The position numbers were made by a program, and so were the translations under genes. 64,000 nucleotides of DNA from Felis catus (lineage: Eukaryota): contig NC_058376.1 in NCBI RefSeq assembly GCF_018350175.1, positions 30,814,001 to 30,878,000 on the forward strand, given 5' to 3'. Position 1 is the first letter of the stretch; every line of letters begins with the position of its first letter. This document shows, piece by piece, positions 39,576 to 51,115 of this stretch. The notes beneath the pieces were generated by a model. It ran no database searches. It saw only the letters and a program-made list of their open reading frames with translations, and was not told the DNA's origin.

Positions 39576-40139
39576 TTTTATAACTTATAGTTTATTATAC
39601 TCCACTGTACCTAATTAAGAACAGGTTGATGGTCTTTTTGTCCCATGGAAAAACAAATTTGAAAGTCCTTTTTTTGTGACATGACAAGTTTTAGAGCCTG
39701 AAATATCTCTGATGAGAACATGCCTATGTGGATTTTGTTTGCCTAGGAGATAAAAATTGCCAGAGGAAACCAGCATGTTCTTATCTCATATCTCTTTAAG
39801 AACACTCGGCCATTGTGATGTTAAGATCATTGAATTATATAAATACAAAGAAACAAAATTGGAAAAGAAGCTATGAGTTGCTGATACACTTACTAAAAAC
39901 CTAATTCTGCTTCAATATCCTTTTTAACAAATAGACATTTTAACATTTTCATTAGTTTATTCAGTCAATAAATGTGTCTCATTTAGGAAACATTTAGGGA
40001 ACACATTTTAGAAGCCGATGATTTGTACCAACTCATACTCATTATTAAAAAATGTATTTATTTTTATCCCCCCCGCCCTCTTCTTCAAAAATTATTTCAT
40101 AAATACAGCTAAGGTAAGACATAAATAGTTAATGCTAAC

Positions 40140-40257
40140 AACTGAAATGTAAGCTCCATGAAAGCAAAGGTTTTTTATTATTTGGTTTCCTAGTGAACTT
40201 CAAGTGCCTAGAACACTGCGGAACCCATAGAGGTACTCGGTAAATGCTTGTTGAATC
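40140..40257 (+). mobile_element. L2 3' end
   Basis: aatgtaagctccatgaaagca...agtgcctagaacactg...taaatgcttgttgaat. Confidence 0.7.
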
Positions 40258-40613
40258 ACTCTGGGTCCGTTGGATTCCATTATATTACCAAAAGCAGGTA
40301 TTTAGTACTTCTTTCTGATAACAAATTATCAATAGCAATTCATTCAACCTACTTCAGAGTGAAGATTAACCATTAAGATTTAAGAAGCACTCACAAGACT
40401 CAAAATAGGACCAGATGAGAGAAAGAATGAAACACATTTTCTAGAAAGGGAATATGGAGGTTAATCCTGAAGGAGAATTTAAGAGAAGAAAAGACACATG
40501 CCAAAATACTGGGAAAGTTTTCTGTCTTAGACACTGAGCTATTTCCTTGAGGGAAAAAAAATGTTGTGCTTAAATATTCAAAATGATTTATTTGTCACCT
40601 TCCCTTTGCTGTT

Positions 40614-40785
40614 NNNNNNNNNNNNNNNNNNNNNNNNNNNNNNNNNNNNNNNNNNNNNNNNNNNNNNNNNNNNNNNNNNNNNNNNNNNNNNNNNNNNNNN
40701 NNNNNNNNNNNNNNNNNNNNNNNNNNNNNNNNNNNNNNNNNNNNNNNNNNNNNNNNNNNNNNNNNNNNNNNNNNNNNNNNNNNNN
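40614..40785. other. Assembly gap (172 N) covering the acceptor and 5' part of ROBO2 exon 4
   Basis: N run ending mid-codon in the exon. Confidence 0.99.
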
Positions 40786-40863
40786 ATGCAGGGATGTATA
40801 CCTGTGTTGGCACCAATATGGTGGGAGAAAGAGACAGTGATCCAGCAGAACTGACTGTCTTTG
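40786..40863 (+). CDS. ROBO2: ROBO2 exon 4, visible 3' part only (5' end inside N gap 40614-40785; predicted start near 40743 if the exon is 121 bp as in human)
   Basis: Reads (D)[25 protein letters not shown], containing the Ig-domain DxGxYxC motif. Donor TTTG|gtaaag, phase 1, compatible with the next exon. Not in the frames shown by the ORF track. Confidence 0.95.
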
Positions 40864-41440
40864 GTAAAGCTCTCTTTTAAATTATAAATTGCTATTTATA
40901 TATACTTTTCCTTAGATTGTAAATATGTTTTAATACTAAACATCAGGACATAGAAGGACAGTTGCTTATGACTTATGGTGAGTAGTGAAGGACTCGATTT
41001 ATCTTGGTTTCTGGTTCTATCCATCAGATGAAATCTGTGATATGAAGAAAATTAGAACTTTTGAAACAATAATTCATTTACTTTTATTCATATATATTTA
41101 TAGGATTTTCCCTTTCATCAGAATGTAAAAAAAATTCATCTTTCTCAAATTCTGTTTGAGATATATCCATCTAAAGTTTATCCACTGTGATGTATTTATT
41201 AAGTATCTTTTATGGGTAAGACACGGGGTAAGTTTTTGTTTTTTTGGTTTTTTTTTTAGTGTAGTGCAAATACATTTCACTTGTCTTCTGCTTTAAAAAT
41301 TTCAAATTTAGATATTTGAAGTTTTAGCTTATGATACAAAAAAAAAAACAAAACTAGCCAGCTACACACGCACACACACATATAAATATAAACAATCAAA
41401 ATTAGGAAAAAAACAAACCAACCATAAACTCTCTTGCTAA

Positions 41441-42034
41441 TGCAGGCAGGCTGGGTCCAAGATCCCAGGAGAGAGTCCCGAGGACCATCCAAAAGGATCC
41501 TTGGCTTCACACAGGGTAGAAATCAAATGTGAGCCAGAGTAAGTGAAAATAGCATTTATTGAATAGTATACATGACAGAGAATAGCAGACAGAGTGGGAG
41601 ACTCTGAAGGAAAGAAGAATGAGTTTTGTTTGTTGCTTGAGACTAGCAGTTTATATTCAAAAGGGTCTAAGGGTCCAGGAATCCAGGGTAGGGTCCAATC
41701 AAAGGCAAGTGTCAAGTGAACAATAGGTCTTACTCCATAAATCACAGAAGGGGTGGTATTAATGCCAGTGTCAGCTGAAGTTTGTTTGAAGCTAACGTCC
41801 TGGAATGTGTTTGGGATCTGGCTTTTCTTAGGTGTTAACAGGTGTTTGGGCCCTAAGACAAAACTCAGAGAAGGATTAACTTTCTTGCTTCCCCCTTGAA
41901 GTGGGAACAGAGCTTCCTTGGCTTACTCAGAGGCAAAATATGGAGCATGAGTACATGGGGCCCAGCAGAAAAACAGCAGAGATGGAGTTTTTTGTAAACT
42001 TTGTAAATGGAGTGCCATCAGCTTCCCTACCTCA
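41441..42034 (-). mobile_element. Endogenous retrovirus solo LTR (ERV1-like), ~0.6 kb
   Basis: Minus strand starts TGAGGTAGGGAA and ends ...CTGCA; TATA-like aatataaa near 41650-41657 followed by AATAAA at 41555-41560; ttgcta on both flanks; abrupt GC rise. Confidence 0.65.
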
Positions 42035-43930
42035 TTGCTATGATATTCATGTTTCTTCAGATTTCAGAACCAAGGGACTCTTTAGCAGAGTAATATAGGT
42101 TAAAACTTGATTAGATCTGTATCAGAGAAATTGTGGGCAAAGCATTAGGAAAGAGAAAATTGGGTCGAATAAAGACAGCACAGTAAACAAAAAAGGAAAA
42201 TGCTTACAGGGCAGCTGTGAAAAATTGAAAAAGAAATAAAATTACAGAAAATCAGGGAAAGTAGGGATCCTAAAGATATTGGAAAATGAAATATTCCTTC
42301 AGAAGTCACTGAAATCCCACTTAAGTCTGTGTATGGATATTTGTCTATACGTACGCACATAAGTATACATGTATATATACATGCACATGTATATGTATGT
42401 ATGCATGTGTGTGTCTATCTATCTGTAGCTTAAAAATATTTGACTATTGTTGATATTGTGTGATTTTTTTAAAACATAGGAGATAAGTGTGATTTTTAAG
42501 TTATTTTTCGTGCCAGCAAAATAATCTTCTGGTTTAATGAATTAGAGTAAGATCTTACTGCTGGTCATTATAACATGTTTGAGCGAAGCATCAGAATTCT
42601 GCATACATTCCAAAAGAAACTGCTTTTGTAGTTTGAGATGTGCCATCCCATGGTGTTATCGGAGCGCCCCAAAGCAAAATAGCCATGTTATGATTTCCAT
42701 TACATTTAAAGCATTAAGGTGTGCTTTATGAGTGTGTACCTGAGAACAGGCCTCTCTTTTCAATCACGCTGAGTACCGAGTAATCTCTGGTAATACTCCG
42801 TATGGATACTAAGCAGCTTGAAGTCCCAAATGACCAAACCAGGAGAAAGTCCATAATTCATTAAAGGAATTGAATAGTAAAAATAAAATTGCTCAAAGTA
42901 TGCATGTAAATTTCTGTCCCGCAGAGCTCAGGCAAGTATTAGTTTGCCCTTCAATTTCATGCAGTCAGCTATAAGAGTCTCAAAATGTGCTTCACTCCAT
43001 AATGAATAAAATACAGTTTTTTCCTGGTAAGATATGAAATTAGTGGTCACTGAACATTAGCATTGAAAACCCACACGTACAGCTGTTCTATTTAAAGAAG
43101 CACTCATTACTATTTTTCTGTAACTGCCACAAGCTTTGGAAGAGAAAAATGTTGCATTCCAAAAGTACATACTGCCTTCGAAAGGAAATTGAAAGGGTTT
43201 AATGTCATTACCAAAGCAATTAGACTTACCAAAATGTGACTGTGTTATGAAATATTTACCTCATGTTCCCTAAAGACATGATGGGATATATAGGAGGTCC
43301 TTAGACATGTCAGGAGTTACAGGGGAACTTCTAAATTATTTTGAAAATAGCCATAAAGTAAAGAGATTGGATTTGTCTAGGGGCAGTACCTCTGGAAGAA
43401 TTGATTTAAGAAACTAAGAACATTTATCTGATGGTGTAAACTAGTCAGAACTGACCTGGGGGTTATAAGTACAGTATTAAGTTGAAGGAAAAACTAAAAT
43501 TCCATTATTGATAAGAAAACATCATCTGAACCCAGAAATAAAACATAACAACGGTAGTGATTGTCCAAATCAAGGATGTGACAAGGATTGCCTGAGAGAG
43601 GCACTTTGTTCAATTCTTAGAGAAAATAAGCAGTGTCCTATGTATAATGGGGAATTCTTTATTTTATTTGGGTGCTTTTGTATCCATACACATTTTCTAA
43701 TAAACCTCTTTATATTTCATCATTGTTAGATATTATTATTTCTAACCTAGGGTTTATAAAAGTATAACTGGGTACATTTTCCCCCTCCCCACTCTCAATT
43801 TTATTTTCATGTAGCAGCAATTCTGCTTAAAAAGAAAAAAAAAAATTGGCTACTGTGACCACTCTGTAGCTACAGAAGATTTTAAATGTTCTTTGAAACT
43901 CGATCTTTACTCTAAGGTATGTTATACCCA

Positions 43931-44149
43931 GGGGCACCTGGGTGGCTCAGTCGGTTAAGCACCCAACTTCGGCCCAGGTCATTGATCTCGCAGTCCGTGG
44001 GTTCAAGCCCCCCATCAGGCTCTGTGCTGACAGCTCAGAGCCTGGAGCCTGCTTCAGATTCTGTGTCTCCCTCTCTCTCTGCCCCTCCCCCACTCACACT
44101 CTGTCTCTCTCTGTCTCTGAAAAAAATGAATAAATGTTAAAAAAAAATT
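43931..44149 (+). mobile_element. CanSINE (SINEC_Fc-like)
   Basis: Full body; TSD-like atgttatac(c/a)ca. Confidence 0.95.
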
Positions 44150-44854
44150 TAAGCATGTTATACACAAAAAGTAATTGATGGTATTAATTGCTCAAAACGT
44201 ATAATTCTAATTCACTTGTAAATGGCAAGAAAAACAGTGAAAGGAATAACAGGTCTTTGGTATCCAACAGCCATCCACAAGTATTTTGATTCTTTAGTGT
44301 GTGGGCTTGGACTTAGAAGTTGTTTAGTTTGAACATTTCAGTTTGTCTTGTAAAAATCTGCTATTTAGACAAACACATGATCAGTGTAACTTAATTTTCA
44401 AAATGTTACTATTCCATACTCCACGAATCATTTATTCTATTTGTTTTTCTTTAATAGATGTTGGTCATAAATAACAGCTTAGTTAAGTGGGCAGTACCAA
44501 ATATAAAATTAAGAAGTAGGCATCAAAGTGTGAATGGACACTAAAATCTATGGCACAGTCTAGATGCCTTCAAAAAGAATACTCCCTAGCACTTTATGTA
44601 TATTAATTAAGTTCTAAAGATCCTGCTGTCAGAGAAACTAGAATTGAATTTCTAATTATGGGTAGGTTTGGGATATCTGTTATCCAAAATTTCACTGTCA
44701 CTTAAAATGATATAAATTTTTCCAAATGATTTTTAAATGCTTATCAAAGTAATCCATGAAAATACATTTTATGTTACACTACTAATAGACATTAGAAATA
44801 TTACCAAACTTATAATGAAATACAAAAATAACTAGCCCCACCCCTCCTTCCAGT

Positions 44855-44898
44855 ACACACTCGCACAAACACACACACGCACACACATACACACACAC
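44855..44898. repeat. Imperfect (CA)n
   Basis: cacacac runs. Confidence 0.85.
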
Positions 44899-45751
44899 AG
44901 TCCTCATCTTTGAACTTAACTACAAGCCTGTTTTATGTTTTCTTCTGGGATTTATTTCTATATTTCTAAATATATCCCTATTCTGCAGTTTTATACATTA
45001 TTTTGACTTCCTATTTGGAAGATGATGATTTGACCCATTTATATCCCCTTCTCTTCCTTCTCACCCTACTTCCCCTTCTTTCTTTCCTTCAGTATATAGA
45101 CTTTAGAAACATGGGTTGTATTAAGATTCCGAATTTGAGTGGTTAGAACCATGTAAATATGGACTGTGAGCAAATGTTACACTATTATGATGGCATTTCT
45201 TTTCTGGCACTTATTTGTTCTTCAAATTAACAATAAAGCCATTTTTTCCTTTTAGTTATGTTTGTCTACCCCTGTCATGAACTCTTGCAATCTCTAACAG
45301 AAGGTTTAAAATCCTCTAAATTCTACTTAGCTCTTAAGTTCGTCTTTGCTACTGCCTTCCTGGAGGCCTTAGACTTCCTGCCAATCTAACTAGGCTGGAT
45401 GCTGTTCAGATCTACTCCAGAATTTCATCCTGACGTTTACTCCCCTTTTCTCTCATGCTGGATTTCCTGTTTGTTGCATCCTGTATTTGTTTCTTTCCTG
45501 GTTAACTCCTATATCAGAACAGTGTTTCTCTCCTGCTTTCTATTTGACTGGAGCCTAGAATAAATTTCAGGGTAAAAAGCATGTATTCTATCTGAAACTT
45601 AATTGATACTATGGCTGGTTATAAAATGTAGTTAAAAAAACAGAAACAAAAACAAAAAACTTTGACTATAATACTAAAATCTCTCCTCCAAAATCATTCA
45701 GCTTTACTGTTGCTTTGGGAATTCTACTGTGCTTCTGACTCCTATGTGATC

Positions 45752-45769
45752 TTTCTTTCTTTCTTTTGT

Positions 45770-45817
<48 letters not shown>

Positions 45818-45820
45818 TCC
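45752..45820 (+). repeat. (TTTC)n microsatellite
   Basis: Long tttc array with one interruption. Confidence 0.95.
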
Positions 45821-48800
45821 TCTTTCCAGTTTTAGTGCTATATCATTATTCCAGTGTTCTAAAATGTTTCAATACTATGCCTTGGTTTGCCACTTTTTTC
45901 CCTTTACTTGGTGAACAATTTCATAATTGTTAATTACTAAACAATTTAGTGAATTATCCTTTCCCATAATTTTTATTCAGTTTATATGTCAAATATATAT
46001 TTATTAATTAGATGTGAAACCTCCCAGGTCTTTCTTTTCTCTCATTCTTCCTCATTTATCATATTCTGTTCTTGTTTCATGGATAGTTTAAATTCTCTTG
46101 TGTCACAGGATTTTAATAACTCTTTTTTTTTCAAATAAAACTTTCTTGTGATGCTTCCTGCTTCATTTTTTTCTGACTCCCTCCCCACTTCCTTTTCTCC
46201 CTTGTTCTGTCTTTTACACTGGAGGCTTTCTTCAAATAGCAAGTGATCTACTGTTGTTCATTCATATTTAATAGCTGCTCACTAAAAAGACTATTAGAAA
46301 CTCTGTGTCAACTGATGGCTTTCACTGTACAATGATCAGATTGGGAAGTAGCCATTCATTGGCAATGAGGACAGAATTTAGGGCTGTTGATGTTGATTTT
46401 CAGTTATTAGATTAGAGATTTTAGGTGGTGGCCTGACTGTATTTGAGATACCAGTAGGCAAAGCTATTAGAGAAGATATCTTAGAGCCAAACCATAAGAA
46501 ATATCTAAGTTTTATTGATATCCTGGGGCCTTCACTTAAGAATTCCAAATATAAGGCATTATTAAAATTAAGACTGTTATTGAAAGCTATCTTTTAAATA
46601 ATATTTGCTTGCAAACTTTAAAACAGCAAAACATTTCTTATTCATTTTCTCATTTAACAAACATCCCTTGAGCACCTCCCATGTGCCAAACCCTGTTTAA
46701 ATGATTTAATATAGTAGTAAGATGAATAGACCTTTTACATCACATTATCAACAATAACATGAAACTTTGCCTCTAAAATATGGTGAGAGAAGCATTTTTT
46801 CCCCTCTGAAAACATTTACCTATGTTTGTCTTTACTTCACAGGATGACTTCTCTCAGACAAAGAAAATTCTTGGCAAGAAAAAAAAATAATACAGCCAGG
46901 ATTTATATAATCACATTCAGACAGTCTGATCATTATCATCCAGTCTGTTTTGGAAGGGCACAATAATTCACATTCAATGGCTATCATAACTCTGTCCCCT
47001 CATGCATACCCAGTAAAATAAAAAGAGACATACTAAGGCTAGCCATCTGACTTCCCAGGTTAATAGACACTATAGCTTGGCAAGTACTTCCAGGTCAGCT
47101 GAAGTTAAGATAAGGTTTACAAGCAGTGGTTACCTCTGCTGTCCTTTTATTTCATGCCTTTGGTCTTATAGGACCTTAAGGACTTACCTATGTGATTATT
47201 GCTATAACACCAGTTTCATAATGTCAAGCAAAGATTATTTAAAAAATTGTTAAGATTATCCTAGTAAGAGCTGTCATGACACAGCCATTGCCAATTTTAC
47301 AGCCATATTCAATGCAGTTGAAAAGAGAAACTTGTTCAGTGAGGATTTAATTTCTTTCACTGTAGCATGTAAATAAGAAACTTAAGAGATATTATGCAAC
47401 CCCATTTCAGATTTATTGTAATTTGTATTAATTTGAACATTTTGTTTTCTCAACTCTATTGGCATAACTACAGTGAGACTTGGCATTTGATTTTATTATA
47501 GCCACACACAGTTGGATTTTCCAGAATGCCAATTTGAAACTAAATTGACCTGACTACTTGAGAGCTGTACTTTACATAGTACCACACTGCCAAACAACAC
47601 TACTGTCTCAAGAGAGATTAACCTTGTAAGCAAGTTATGCAGGTGATTCAAATCCAGTTAATCTCACATAAAAAAAAATGTTAATTGCATTGGCAAAGAC
47701 ATTGCCTTTGATCACTCCAAGGCTATATAATTAGGGATCAGGCCATTCAGAGGGACTCTAATCTAATTGATAAGCAGTTAGGAAACAGCCCTTGAGATTT
47801 TTCCGGAGTTTTCAATATGTGATCAGACATAAGGTGATAACATGGAAAAATCAGTGACCTTATTTACATGCCTCAAAATGAATTTTTCTCATTATTTAGT
47901 AGTTCAGGATGTTTCATATATATTTGATTGTGTAAAGTTTCATGGGGTACAAACTCCTGGGGCGTTAATGGGTATCAAATGGGATTACTTACAATTTACC
48001 ATCTAATCCTTGTAACTTTACATTTATTTGCAGATCATTTTGACATAAAACAGCAAAACCCAAGACATTTCCTTATAATTTTTATAATTTGTGTCTGAAA
48101 GCACACCTTTTGTTTGACTTAGAATAATAGTAGTCACTGCAAAGGCAAAGCCTTTAAAAATATGTTTTCTGCCTGTACAACTTCTTTAGTCTTCAATATT
48201 CATGTTTCTGATTCTCAGATTTTTCTGGAAATAAAGTCTAGTTAAGGAAACTGGAAAATGGTTCTTACAAAAAATATATTTCCATTTAATAAATGTTAGG
48301 CAAACCTACAGTTTTTAACATACCATTTTTTGTAGGCAGTTAAATTGTAGTAGAAGGTGATTTTATTATAATTAGCAGAAGACAATTAGAATAATGAATA
48401 ATACAATTTAGGGATAATTACTGTAATGGGCACTACAGAAATTCCCAGAATAATACTTTAAAAGTTGTGACCAAACTCCAACGTATTAGTAAATGTCAGT
48501 GTCACTTTGTTGGAAGGTGTAACCTAAGTTACTCCAGTATAAAACCCATCTTGATGCCTCCTATATGTGCAAATGACTTTTATTTGCATTGTCTTTTATT
48601 TCTCTTTCCTGTCAATTGAATTACATTTCCATCATGAGCCAATTCTAGACTTCCAAAAATTCTCTACCACATACTCTCCTGTGGTTATTTAGTTGCTAGG
48701 CAACTAGACTCTGCTTGAGGGCAGAAGGGAATAGAAAAAGTTCATTGCGAAGTTGTCCACCCCTGCTGGGTTCATCAGAACAGCAGCAGGGGATCCTATA

Positions 48801-49152
48801 TCTTCCTTCTTCTTGAATTATAAATCAGGTTCTTCCTCGTGTCTCCATATAAAACAGTGGGGCTTAGAACATGTATGAAAGCCATAAAACCATCAAGGAT
48901 CCTGATGCTGTCCCCTGGATAAAGAGACAACTTTAGTTTTAGTAATTATAGTTTCAGAATAAGTCTAATGTAAAGTTTATCCTTTGGGTTCATTGCATTC
49001 ATATGTTGCAATTTTGTGGCAGGTAGTATGTTAAAGAAAGCATACAAAATCTTTGCCTGAAAATATTCATGTGTATTTTAATGGAACTAGTCTCACATAC
49101 TGTTATACAATTTATTTTATAGTTAGCATCATGTCATGAAAATTTTCCATGT

Positions 49153-49172
49153 TAGATAGATAGATGATAGAA

Positions 49173-49203
<31 letters not shown>

Positions 49204-49213
49204 GATAGATAGA
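49153..49213 (+). repeat. (GATA)n compound microsatellite
   Basis: tagatagatagat with gat/gaaa interruptions. Confidence 0.93.
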
Positions 49214-49473
49214 AATAGCTTTAAGATTCCAGTGACTTACTAATTTTGCAGTGTATGAATTTGTCACATTTTTTCTAAAAGCACCCATTTTCTAATACTG
49301 TCAACATTACTACATTGATCCTATGTAGTTCTTATTTTTTGTTGCAATTATCGATTATCAAAATTGTTATTCTATTCTCCAATACGCACACTTTTCTTTC
49401 TTTTTCTTATTGATTACTAATGTTGGCATGTCCATCATGTTCCTGATTTTAATAGGCATGATTTTAGCATTAC

Positions 49474-49674
49474 TTTTAAAGTTTATTTATTTATTTTGAG
49501 AGAGACAGAAAGAGTGTGAGTGGGGGAGGGACAGAGAAAGAGGGAGAATCTCAACCACGCTCCATGCCATCAGCAGAGAGTCCATGTGGGGCTCGGATTC
49601 ACAAAACCATGAGATCATGACCTGAGATGAAGCAAGAGTCCAATGCTTAACCGACTGAGCCACCCTGGTACCCC
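49474..49674 (-). mobile_element. CanSINE
   Basis: ...gagatcatgacctgag...ttaaccgactgagccaccctggtacccc. Confidence 0.92.
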
Positions 49675-49892
49675 TAGCATACGAGTTTTAAAAAGAGGTT
49701 TTGATTTAATTTCTGATAAAATATCTTCACCATGCTTAAGTTTCTTTTGATTCCCTTTTTATTTTTTATTTTTATTTTTTGAAATTCAAGAGCTTTTCTA
49801 TATCTAGGTATGATCACGTTTACTTTTTCTTTTTCCCTTCTATTTTGTAAGTAGCCTCCTTTATCTTCTTAAATAAGAATGCATTTAACTTC

Positions 49893-50099
49893 GGGGCACC
49901 TAGGTGGCTCAATCGGTTAAGCGTCAGACTTCGGCTCAGGTCATGATCTCACAGTTTGTGGATTTGAGCCCCGTGTTGGGCTCTGTGCTGATAGCTCAGA
50001 GCCCGGAGCCTGCTTCTGATTCTGTGTGTCCCTCTCTCTCTGCCCCTCCCCTGCTCATACTCTGTCTCCGTCTCTCAAAAATAAATAATGTGAAAAAAA
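49893..50099 (+). mobile_element. CanSINE
   Basis: Full body; TSD aatgcatttaactt. Confidence 0.95.
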
Positions 50100-50219
50100 A
50101 ATGCATTTAACTTGAAGTAACAGAAACCTGATCAGCAATGGCTTAAGCATAGGTGTTCATTTTTCTCCTGTCTAGCATTTCTGTGATGAAATGATCTACA
50201 CACACATAGACATACACAC

Positions 50220-50870
50220 CCCATATCCATGCTTTACCTGCCAATCTGTTCCAATCTGCTAAATGGAAACTGGAGAATCCTTTTAGACTTTTCTTCTTCA
50301 ATATCCACTTCTGATTGATCACCCAGTTTTGATACCTTTTCATTCTACCCCTTTTCCATATCCATAGAACCATCGTGTCAGCCAAAGCTGAAGTAATTTC
50401 TTACAAAATCCATTTGACCTAATTCACTGCTTCATGTTTCTCTTCTAGTTCATCTTTCACAGATCTGCCAACACAATCTTTTTCACGTGTTTATTTAAAA
50501 TGTTGCTTCTGGGGGCTCCTGGGTGGCGCAGTCGGTTAAGCGTCCGACTTCAGCCAGGTCACGATCTCGCGGTCCGTGAGTTCGAGCCCCGCGTCGGGCT
50601 CTGGGCTGATGGCTCAGAGCCTGGAGCCTGTTTCCGATTCTGTGTCTCCCTCTCTCTCTGCCCCTCCCCCGTTCATGCTCTGTCTCTCTCTGTCCCAAAA
50701 ATAAATAAACATTGAAAAAAAAATTAAAAAAATAAAATGTTGCTTCTGTACTTAAAACATTTCAACATCTCTCTATCACTCTTAGGGCAGAACTCACATT
50801 CCTTGACATGGCCTGAAAGGCCCTTCATGGTCTTGCCATTCACTATCTGACTGGCTTCATTTCCTACCAC
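50220..50870 (+). mobile_element. L2 fragment interrupted by the young SINE
   Basis: cttcttcaatatccacttctgattgatcacc...ctctatcactcttagggcagaactcacattccttgacatggcctgaaaggcccttcatggtc. Confidence 0.6.
50512..50732 (+). mobile_element. Young felid SINE (SINEC_Fc type, near consensus)
   Basis: gggtggcgcagtcggttaagcgtccgacttcagccaggtcacgatctcgcggtccgtgagttcgagccccgcgtcggg with CpGs intact; perfect 16-bp TSD taaaatgttgcttctg (50496-50511 and 50733-50748). Confidence 0.97.
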
Positions 50871-50875
50871 TTTTC

Positions 50876-51115
50876 TTTTTTTGTTGTTGTTTTTTTTTAA
50901 TTTTTAAAAAATTTTTGTCAATGTTTATTTATTTTTGAGAGAGAGACAGAGCGCAAGTAGGGGAGAAACAGCAATAGAGGGAGACACAGAATCCGAAGGA
51001 GGCTCTAGGCTCTAAGCTATCAGCACAGAGCCCCTGAAGGGGCTTGAACTCACTAACTGTGAGATCACGCCCTGAGCTGAAGTAGGAAGCTTAACCAACT
51101 GAGCACCAGGTGCCC
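50876..51115 (-). mobile_element. CanSINE
   Basis: Poly-T, (GA)n, reverse head; TSD tcc(t/c)accacttttct. Confidence 0.94.

Larger units (their letters stand above)
44700..46340 (-). mobile_element. Ancient L1 (L1ME-like), decayed, boundaries approximate
   Basis: T-rich + strand with L1-antisense-like blocks (ttgatactatggctggttataaaat; ctttactgttgctttgggaattctactgtgcttctgactcc). Confidence 0.5.

Noticed and set aside
42345-42415. Alternating purine-pyrimidine tract (Z-DNA candidate)
   Set aside because: Mostly TA/CA low-complexity sequence with weak Z-forming potential; common in introns
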